A DNA stretch of 63,537 nt, filler included, from Octopus bimaculoides (taxonomy: Eukaryota): the NCBI RefSeq assembly GCF_001194135.2. It is 8 parts of 8 records of this genome, joined end to end, with 100 filler letters (N's around TTAATTAATTAA, not from the genome) between each part and the next. Parts side by side here need not be neighbours in the genome. Positions count along the whole stretch, not along the records: positions 42,244 to 53,405 come from NC_068996.1; positions 53,506 to 56,009 come from NC_069007.1; positions 56,110 to 59,451 come from NC_068986.1; positions 59,552 to 61,403 come from NW_026364699.1; positions 61,504 to 63,537 come from NW_026430371.1; 3 more parts are not named here. One strand, 5' to 3'. This document shows positions 52,010-63,537 of the stretch, one piece after another. Position numbers and translations under genes: made by a program. Within the stretch, counting starts at the first letter, position 1. The number at the start of each line of letters is the position of its first letter. The notes below the pieces were generated by a model. The model searched no databases. It was given only the letters and a program-made list of their open reading frames with translations, and was not told where the DNA came from.

Positions 52010-52690
52010 AAGATGGTGAAGCCGAGGTATGTAAATATGTAGGCAGCAAGTTAGCAGTTTTTCGTGGTAATGTTAGCGAAGCCTTCATGACGTTAACCCA
52101 ACACTTTTATCTTCTTTAGACTGAAAGTCAAAGGTTCTTGCGGGGTTGTCAATGAGGCGTCCTTCTCCGAGCATACTGTATGTGTTGCACCATCTGCAAG
52201 GGGCGTGTCCCTGATGAGTACTTTGCGTCTTCTGGTTTTGTACCTCAGTGCATACAGGCTGATCAATTATCCGTTCAATCTTGCGTGAAGTTATAAATTA
52301 TCAATTAATGTTCCCATGACAGCAAAGAAATCACCTTTGTCCCGGCTGTTACCCCATTTGGTGTATGAAGGAGATTCACACCACTGTCCCCGTCTGTACC
52401 TCATTCCGGTTCGTCGGTTAATCCGGTATTGTGGAGAGGAGAATGTCTAGTTCTTTTTGAAGACATCTACGTCCATATTGTATATGTTTCTTAGTTTTTG
52501 TGGCGGGGCATTGAAGAACCTTGATGACTGAAGGCTTTCGTATGATCAATACAAGCGATGTAGAGTGGCTGAATACGCTCTTTGTGTTTTCTTGTAGTTG
52601 TCGAAGTGAAAAATTGATGTGAAATGTGAAGTGTTCTAATAGGGAGCCACTCCGAGTGAACGGCAGAGACAAGACTTAACAAAGGGAAAG
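52010..52690 (-). mobile_element. RTE-BovB-like RT fragments interrupted by a CR1-like 3' end (~52400-52530)
   Basis: FSLRQLQEK..RIQPLYIACIDHTKAF; KTRRRKVLIRDTPLADGA...TFSLKKIKVLG...FTYLGFTI; CR1-like FFNAPPQKLRNI...VDVFKK.LDILLSTIPD. Confidence 0.75.
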
Positions 52691-52893
52691 TGAATCTGTC
52701 GTTCCTATGAGATACTGTAGTGATGATCTTCGTTCCGTTTTTAATATATATTGTGTACTATATTGGGAACATAACACGCCCATGAAAAGATATTATGTCA
52801 GACATTTTCACAGTATTATGCCTTCTTACGGTGTATTTACATTTAGAATATTTCGTTCTCCCTCTCTTTCTTTCTCTCTCTCTCTCTCTCCGC

Positions 52894-52926
<33 letters not shown>

Positions 52927-53505
52927 GACGTCTCTCTCTTTCTCTTGCCGTCTCTCTCTTCCTCTCACCGTCTCTATCTCCATCAATCTCTCTCTTTTTT
53001 TATTCTCTGCCTTCGCTGTCTCTGCTATCTGCGTGTATGTGGGTGTGTGTGTTTGTATGTGTGTGTATGAATGAGTGTATAGATAGGTAGACAGATATAT
53101 GTATATATCTATATATATAAAAATGAGAATGTGTGTCTGTCTGTCTGTCTGTCTGTCTGTGTGAATCCCTAAAACTCGAGAACTACGCAACCAATTTCAT
53201 TCAAATTTTACACATGCCTTACTTAGGGTTCCAGTTGTGTTTTAGTCAAAACAATTTTTAACTTCTTGCAGAGTTCGAGCCCACGGCAACATAATATCTC
53301 CTCCACTATTTAAGTGTTACGTGTCAAAAGTGAAACAAAAACACTCATGTCAAATACTTTCACTTTAAAAATGAAACTATTCCACTAACTGAAACAATCA
53401 CATTTNNNNNNNNNNNNNNNNNNNNNNNNNNNNNNNNNNNNNNNNNNNNTTAATTAATTAANNNNNNNNNNNNNNNNNNNNNNNNNNNNNNNNNNNNNNN
53501 NNNNN

Positions 53506-53540
<35 letters not shown>

Positions 53541-53825
53541 TTTTTCACAAGTTTATGCAAGGCAACGTATTTATTCCGCGCATCTTTAGAAAGAATACAT
53601 ATCTCTTACTCTCTCTCTCTCTTTCTATCTATATAGGTATATATATATATTTGTATATGTACATTCACACATATATGTATATCTATATACATATATAAAT
53701 ACATAGACACAGCCACGCAAAGATATACACACACATTTATTTGTATATGGGTTTCGTATATTTTTATATATATATATATAAAGATTGATATTTATAAAGA
53801 TACACACATTCATATATACATACAG

Positions 53826-53876
<51 letters not shown>

Positions 53877-54025
53877 CATTCCTTTCAAGCATACATACAT
53901 ATACACAAACATCTTTACGTACATATAACCACAGGAAACCAATTTATAGAGCCGAAGACATCAGAACATTGGGATAAAAATGAATCACAGAATTGCGATC
54001 ACAGAGCAAATTTCCAATTACATTA

Positions 54026-54107
<82 letters not shown>

Positions 54108-54681
54108 GTATGTGCACGTACGCATACACATGTACGTATATGTAGCATCGTTATTATCATCNNNNNNNNNNNNNNNNNNNNNNNNNNNNNNNNNNNNNNN
54201 NNNNNNNNNNNNNNNNNNNNNNNNNNNNNNNNNNNNNNNNNNNNNNNNNNNNNNNNNNNNNNNNNNNNNNNNNNNNNNNNNNNNNNNNNNNNNNNNNNNN
54301 NNNNNNNNNNNNNNNNNNNNNNNNNNNNNNNNNNNNNNNNNNNNNNNNNNNNNNNNNNNNNNNNNNNNNNNNNNNNNNNNNNNNNNNNNNNNNNNNNNNN
54401 NNNNNNNNNNNNNNNNNNNNNNNNNNNNNNNNNNNNNNNNNNNNNNNNNNNNNNNNNNNNNNNNNNNNNNNNNNNNNNNNNNNNNNNNNNNNNNNNNNNN
54501 NNNNNNNNNNNNNNNNNNNNNNNNNNNNNNNNNNNNNNNNNNNNNNNNNNNNNNNNNNNNNNNNNNNNNNNNNNNNNNNNNNNNNNNNNNNNNNNNNNNN
54601 NNNNNNNNNNNNNNNNNNNNNNNNNNNNNNNNNNNNNNNNNNNNNNNNNNNNNNNNNNNNNNNNNNNNNNNNNNNNNNNNN

Positions 54682-54765
<84 letters not shown>

Positions 54766-54769
54766 TCTC

Positions 54770-55500
54770 TTTGGAATTTTGACACAGGGCCAGGAATTTT
54801 GGTGGGAAGGGTTAGCTGATTAGATTGACCTGACACAAGGAATTTTTTCGAGCAATCTAACGACTGATAATTTTCCTTCACATTTTGGCACAATGCCAGC
54901 AATTTTAGGAAGGTGGCAGAGAGATTACATTCACTGAAATGTTCAGTTGCTACTTATATCGACCCCCGTAATAATGAATGGCAAAGTCGACCTTGGCGGA
55001 AGTTACCATTATACTAATTGGAATAGTGCCTTAGGGATAGTTGAAATAAAATCGAATGGCTGGTTGAAGATGCTGGAAACCAAGATGAATCTTGTGATTC
55101 AGCAGGAAACAAACATGCTTTCTGCAGAATCAAGAAAGAATTGTAATAAAGGTGGTACATGGCTAAGTTTTGCGTGATCCCTGAAAATGAAATACTGGCA
55201 GAAGAACAAAGAAATTCTAACTGAAAGAAATAATGATGATGAAGATTATGATGACGATGATGATAATAACAACAGTAGTAATTTTTCTACTGTAGGAACA
55301 TGACTGAAAATATTTTTGTGAGGTAAGTCGATGGCTTAGACCCCAGTTTTTAACTGGTACTCATTTTATCGACACAGAAAGGATGAAAAGCACAGTCAAC
55401 CTTGGCGAAATTTGACCTCGGAACGTAAGGATGGACGAAACGCCACTTGGAATTTTGCCCAGCATGCTAAGGACTCTACCAACGCTCCGCCTTCAACCAT
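54770..55500 (-). mobile_element. Tandem cluster of about 3 Meta-like SINE copies following an (AAT)n tract
   Basis: Repeated GGCACAAxGCCAGCAATTTT...ATCGACCCC...GATGAAAxGCAxAGTCxACCTTGGCG. Confidence 0.75.
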
Positions 55501-55928
55501 GAAAATAAATAAAAGGGCATCGCAAGCATAAATGGCGTAGAAAGGGATTGGACCAAGGATGGAAAACAGGAGAGAGAAACATAAAAGTGAAAACTTATAT
55601 GGCCAAGAAGGGTCCAAACGTTTGAGACGAAATAGGGAGCCAGGCAGTTGTAGTAAATTTGCTACTAAGGGTAAGGATTTTCTGCTGTATGTGCTCTCCG
55701 CTCATCAGGCACATGTTGAGTGTAAGCCCGTCTGCGAAAGACACGTTCGTTAATCTTAATCCACCTTTCAACAAATTTATCTTCCTCCCATTCCTCCTCC
55801 CATTACTCCTCCCATTACTCCTCCCTCTCCGAATGGAACTTGAAACTGTTTATGAAGGCTTGGGCGTCTGCCTTCTGTCCATCTAATCTTGTTCACAATC
55901 CCTTTAACCTCACCTATAACACTCAGAA

Positions 55929-55959
<31 letters not shown>

Positions 55960-55971
55960 CATATATACATT

Positions 55972-56009
<38 letters not shown>

Positions 56010-56589
56010 NNNNNNNNNNNNNNNNNNNNNNNNNNNNNNNNNNNNNNNNNNNNTTAATTAATTAANNNNNNNNNNNNNNNNNNNNNNNNNNNNNNNNNNN
56101 NNNNNNNNNATACATATATGTGTGTGTGTGTGTGTGTACATGTATATATATACAGACATGCAGGAAGTAAATAGACACCTGGAATTTTCAAAATCTTTTG
56201 TTTTATTTTAATTGGTTCAGAGGTTTTCTTTTAGCTGCTCGTCCAAACTACGCAAGCTTATACTGATATGTGAGACACTTTCTTAGACAAAATTGCAATG
56301 TCAGAAGCCTTCGAGCGTGGTTTGTTTTCCACAATTCTCTTCAAACAGTAAAGCTTCGATTCCGAGGGCCCAGGTCAGCCGGGACGAGAATTTGTTGATT
56401 CTTTTCATTGGCTTTTTTAGCCATGTTGAATTTAGCGAAAGAAATCCAGAGAAGTATTCTATCTCTACTACCAACCAAAGACGAAAATCACCCTTGCTAC
56501 TGCCACTGAGTAGCAACAGCAACAACAACAACACCAAACATGATGTGCTGGTCCTGGAGAAATACAACGAATGTGCTGGCTTAACAATG

Positions 56590-57830
56590 ATATTTATTCA
56601 TAATGCCCAAGGTATCAACCCAACCATCAAGGCTCAAAAATGGAAAATACCCTACATTGAGGGTTGGATTACAGCATATTCACATCCAATGGCATTCTTT
56701 ATCCTAACTGAGACCCACCTAAACGACTACCATTTAGAGGCTGCACTGAAAATCAGGGACTGCACTACCATTCACGCTGATCGGGCAGTTCGAAGAAAGG
56801 ATATAATTGCTGTTTTCCTCCATCCGTCTTTCAGTGCAGGTGCCAAGAACAACTTCACCAACGACTACAGCGAATCAGTCTCCGTACACAACAAGTATAA
56901 AGTCCCTTACAGTATTTCCAACAGTACCTCGAGAAGATCAAATCTTCCCTCCTGCAATATAATTCAGGAAATATTCTGATGACGGGCAACTTTAACCTAA
57001 CCTCTATAGATTGTTCCACTAATATTGTTAGATCAAAACCTTCCACTCAAGCTCAGGCAAAGCAGCAGTAGAGTTACTTTTCAAATTTATGGATAATTTT
57101 TTTCCTGTCATGGCTCGTCCTTGAAGCAACCAGAAACAACCAAAGTGTCTTGCTTGTAATGTTAAGTTATCAAGGCAATATTATCCATAGCATCACAGTA
57201 GAAAGAACCCGCCTGTCCGGTCATGACATAGTACTCTGTGTCCTGAATCTTCAGCAACCAAAACTTTGGCATAAATCACAAACTCCAGTGCACCCATTTG
57301 ATAATAAAAATTTACACAAGTCAAACTGTAGTGCGATCATTCAAGACTTATTACATGTGGTCAAGGCCTTCTCACTTGCTTTCTCCAATACCACAACAAA
57401 CACAAACGCAAATATTTGAGGACACAGTCACCCACATATGCTCAAAACACACATCCTCACAACACATAAATAACAGTAGTTGCCGGATTCCAAAACAGCG
57501 AAAAGCGCTCATCAAGAGAATCAAAATCAGAACTCTAAAATACCACCATGAACATCATCTCCACCAATGTTGGAATCAAGGAAGCAACATCTGCAGGACA
57601 GAGGAAGCCTAGGCTATTAAAACATCAAGAATAATCCTAAGATCATTTACCTCTTTGCAACAACATATGGGACCGCAGTTCCCTTTATCGGCCCACTGGT
57701 TGACGGAAACGGAATCCTTGACAGCGATGCCAAAGACATGACTGAGATCCTTCAAAGTCAATACTGGTCTGTTTTTAATGACTCTGATTCAGTGACCCTG
57801 ATTCACTCTGCTAGAGTGCTCCATGGTGTC
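56590..57830 (+). mobile_element. CR1/L2-like LINE ORF2 5' part (APE endonuclease), decayed
   Basis: HNAQG...FILTETHL...LKIRDCTTIHADR...ILMTGNFN and, later, NNPKIIY...IGPLVDGNG...DMTEILQSQYWSVF. Confidence 0.8.
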
Positions 57831-57920
57831 CCGAAATAATTAATTAAACGGCTTTTCCATGTGGTGCTATTGAGTTAGTCGTGGTCTGCGCCGGTAATTG
57901 CCAAAACCAATCTCAGATAT

Positions 57921-57952
<32 letters not shown>

Positions 57953-59529
57953 NNNNNNNNNNNNNNNNNNNNNNNNNNNNNNNNNNNNNNNNNNNNNNNN
58001 NNNNNNNNNNNNNNNNNNNNNNNNNNNNNNNNNNNNNNNNNNNNNNNNNNNNNNNNNNNNNNNNNNNNNNNNNNNNNNNNNNNNNNNNNNNNNNNNNNNN
58101 NNNNNNNNNNNNNNNNNNNNNNNNNNNNNNNNNNNNNNNNNNNNNNNNNNNNNNNNNNNNNNNNNNNNNNNNNNNNNNNNNNNNNNNNNNNNNNNNNNNN
58201 NNNNNNNNNNNNNNNNNNNNNNNNNNNNNNNNNNNNNNNNNNNNNNNNNNNNNNNNNNNNNNNNNNNNNNNNNNNNNNNNNNNNNNNNNNNNNNNNNNNN
58301 NNNNNNNNNNNNNNNNNNNNNNNNNNNNNNNNNNNNNNNNNNNNNNNNNNNNNNNNNNNNNNNNNNNNNNNNNNNNNNNNNNNNNNNNNNNNNNNNNNNN
58401 NNNNNNNNNNNNNNNNNNNNNNNNNNNNNNNNNNNNNNNNNNNNNNNNNNNNNNNNNNNNNNNNNNNNNNNNNNNNNNNNNNNNNNNNNNNNNNNNNNNN
58501 NNNNNNNNNNNNNNNNNNNNNNNNNNNNNNNNNNNNNNNNNNNNNNNNNNNNNNNNNNNNNNNNNNNNNNNNNNNNNNNNNNNNNNNNNNNNNNNNNNNN
58601 NNNNNNNNNNNNNNNNNNNNNNNNNNNNNNNNNNNNNNNNNNNNNNNNNNNNNNNNNNNNNNNNNNNNNNNNNNNNNNNNNNNNNNNNNNNNNNNNNNNN
58701 NNNNNNNNNNNNNNNNATATATATATAAACAAATAGTAAATGAGTATATGCATATATACGTACAGGTATGTGCATAAAGACACCCACCTGTATGTATAGG
58801 TGCATATCTGGGTACAGGACATTGCAAACAAAACGTAGACGACAAAACACACAAGCCACATAGAGAACATCCTCCTTCATCAGCTACCCCCGTTTTAATA
58901 CCGGCGTTTATCTTTATATTACATATCTTGGAGTCCGCTTGTTTGTTGGACGCTGATACAGTGAATTAATACTACAATACCCTTTCTAACTAATCGTAAG
59001 GAAGCAACCATTTTTATGTAACGCCAATAACCGTCAATAAACAAATGTTACCCAACCATTAAGGTGTCCTCTACATTTTTGAAAATATCATCTGTATATG
59101 AGATATAATCTGATTCGATAACATAATAGTATCATTATATGATAAATTGTCAATTTGATACGATGAAATTGCCAGATATTGTCAAATGTTTACGTTAAAT
59201 AAATTGATACTATTTTCTTTTGTTCTTTGTTCTCTTTTATTCAAACACAGGACTATAACAGTGCAAAAGAATTGCTGTTTTAAAGAGCGTAGGATTTAGA
59301 TTGCATGATTAAAGATTACTTTTATATGTCGATTTGCAAGATATGGAACTATAATTATGATTACATATATGTATCTCTATGTATATTTATATATATATGT
59401 ATATAAATATATATACATATATATGTATGTGAGTGTATATATATATATATANNNNNNNNNNNNNNNNNNNNNNNNNNNNNNNNNNNNNNNNNNNNTTAAT
59501 TAATTAANNNNNNNNNNNNNNNNNNNNNN

Positions 59530-61150
<1,621 letters not shown>

Positions 61151-61503
61151 ATGTCCTCAACTGAAATCAAATGTAAATATTTCGAAGTTTTAATATATAA
61201 TTATAATGTTTAGAAATCTGTGTTATTGTCGAAATGAGACAGCATTACATAAGACCATTTCACTCATGGGATTTCCTTTTGCCAAACAACTGTCAAATTA
61301 TGTAACATTCTCCAGATCACGACTGGCATTACACATACCGAATCTAGACACACACAGATGTGTATACAAACTTTTATATATACATGTATGTATGTATGTG
61401 TATNNNNNNNNNNNNNNNNNNNNNNNNNNNNNNNNNNNNNNNNNNNNTTAATTAATTAANNNNNNNNNNNNNNNNNNNNNNNNNNNNNNNNNNNNNNNNN
61501 NNN

Positions 61504-62533
61504 TAGGTGACCAAGTTAGTAGTTGGGGAGGGTACGCTGAAAGCGTAGCTGCTAGAATAAGAATAGCCTGGGCAAAGTTCAGAGAGCTCTTACCTCTGCT
61601 GGTGACAAAGGGTCTCTCTCTCAGAGTAAAAGGCAGACTGTATGACGCATGTGTACGAACAGCCATGCTACATGGCAGTGAAACATGGGCCGTGACTGCT
61701 GAGGACATGCATAAGCTTGCAAGAAACAAAGCCAGTATGCTCCGATGGATGTGTAATGTCAGTGTGCATACTCGACAGAGTGCAAGTACCTTGAGAGAAA
61801 AGTTGAACCTAAGAAACATCAGTTGTAGTGTGCAAGAGAGACGACTGCGCTGGTATGGACATGTGGCAAGAATGGATGAGGATAGCTGTGTGAAAAAGTG
61901 CCACAGCCTAGCAGTTGAGGGTACCTGTGGAAGAGGTAGACCCAGGAAGACCTGGGATGAGGTGGTGAAGCACGACCTCCGAACATTAGGCCTCACGGAG
62001 GCAATGACTTCTGACCAAGACCTTTGGAAATATGCTGAGCATGAGAAAACCTGGCAAGCCAAGTGAGACCTAAATCCAAGGCCTCTACCAGGGATGCAGC
62101 CAGCCCACTTATGCATACCTTTCCTATGTTGGACACTAAACTCCACTTGCAAAGACCTGTTGGGGCAAGCGAAAGCGAAATCGTGATGGCACCACCATTT
62201 CGAGTGTGATCGTTACCAGCGTCGCCTTCCTGACACTTGTGCTGCAGCTTCGCGGTCCTGGCACTTGGGCCGGTGGCACATGAAAAGACATTCGAGCGAG
62301 ATCATTGCCAGTGCCGCTGGACTGGCTCCTGTGCAGGTGGCACGTAAAATACACCATTTTGAGTATGGCTGTTACAAGTACCGCCTGACTGGCCTTCATG
62401 CCGGTGGCATGTAAAAGCACCCACTACACCCTCAGAGCGGTTGGCATTAGGAAGGGCATCCAGCTGTAGAAACTCTGCCAAATCAGATTGGAGCCTGGTG
62501 TAGCCATCTGGTTCACCAGTCCTCAGTCAAATC
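61504..62533 (+). mobile_element. RTE-clade LINE 3' end, relatively young copy
   Basis: Open frame ..RIRIAWAKFRELLPLLVTKGLSLRVKGRLYDACVRTAMLHGSETW...RRLRWYGHVARM...GRGRPRKTWDEVVKHDL, then the family 3' UTR. Confidence 0.92.
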
Positions 62534-63537
62534 NNNNNNNNNNNNNNNNNNNNNNNNNNNNNNNNNNNNNNNNNNNNNNNNNNNNNNNNNNNNNNNNNNN
62601 NNNNNNNNNNNNNNNNNNNNNNNNNNNNNNNNNNNNNNNNNNNNNNNNNNNNNNNNNNNNNNNNNNNNNNNNNNNNNNNNNNNNNNNNNNNNNNNNNNNN
62701 NNNNNNNNNNNNNNNNNNNNNNNNNNNNNNNNNNNNNNNNNNNNNNNNNNNNNNNNNNNNNNNNNNNNNNNNNNNNNNNNNNNNNNNNNNNNNNNNNNNN
62801 NNNNNNNNNNNNNNNNNNNNNNNNNNNNNNNNNNNNNNNNNNNNNNNNNNNNNNNNNNNNNNNNNNNNNNNNNNNNNNNNNNNNNNNNNNNNNNNNNNNN
62901 NNNATATGTAAACCAGGTTGGCAAAATAACATAGTCTGCCATAGACACCTGTACTTTGGTTCTTTCTTTCTTTTTTTGTCACTTTTGCTATGAATTAAAT
63001 TAATGAATTCAACGAGATACACCGTCTGCAAGTAGTTGGGTTCAGCATATTATCCTCCATTTTCTAATTATTATACAAATTTGGGGTAAAACCTCCACTT
63101 TTACCCGCTCCCATTGATTGCACTTAGTATAGCACTAGTGTAGCAACAATTGGGTACCATCCCAGCAGTATACTGGATAGATACTATCCCTTAGTGGGTT
63201 GTACCCCCAACCCCTAACTCTCTCACGTTATATATTTATATATATATGTACATATATATATTATATGTATGTGTGTATATGTTTGTGTGTCTGTGTTTGT
63301 CACCCCAGCATCGCTTGACAACCGATGCTGGTGTGTTTACGTTCCTGTAACCTAGCGGTTCAGCAAAAGAAACCGATAGAATAAGTGCTATGTTAACAAA
63401 GAATAAGTCCTGGGGTCGATTTGCCCCACAAGAGGCAGTACTCCAGCATGGCCGGAGTCAAATGACTGACTCAAGTAAAAGATATAAATATATACATACA
63501 TATATATACATATACATATACATATATATATATACAT

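Noticed and set aside
55685-55715. ATGTGC CTGATGA...GCACAT on the minus strand (similar cases at 52210, 58878, 33423, 46614)
   Set aside because: The core heptamer lacks a properly placed stem II-GAAA-UH; chance matches.

Overview
Repeat-dominated, AT-rich, gap-rich eukaryotic DNA with roughly 9 kb of N. The repeat families and extreme (TA/CA/ATT)n microsatellite load suggest a coleoid cephalopod, probably Octopus; this is inference from recalled repeat families, not a database match. No intact host protein-coding gene can be supported: almost all supplied ORFs are microsatellite or N-gap translations, or degraded transposon frames. The window holds decayed mariner (DD34D), maT (DD37D) and Tigger/pogo DNA transposons. 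It also holds RTE, RTE-BovB-like, CR1-like, R4-like and Penelope-like (RT + GIY-YIG) retroelements, at least three tRNA-derived SINE families, and non-autonomous Helitron-like ends. Seven identical 100-bp N44-TTAATTAATTAA-N44 linkers show it is a mosaic of joined scaffolds. The most interesting signal is a set of about nine hammerhead-ribozyme-like motifs. One is essentially canonical (7491-7534, minus). One lies in a ~350-bp direct-repeat, retrozyme-like unit (17998-18050). Three carry the compensatory U3-A8 core swap and two carry an A6U core. One lies directly behind a Penelope GIY-YIG ORF and another close to a Penelope RT fragment. A PHD-type zinc finger embedded inside the RT of the dominant RTE family is also notable.
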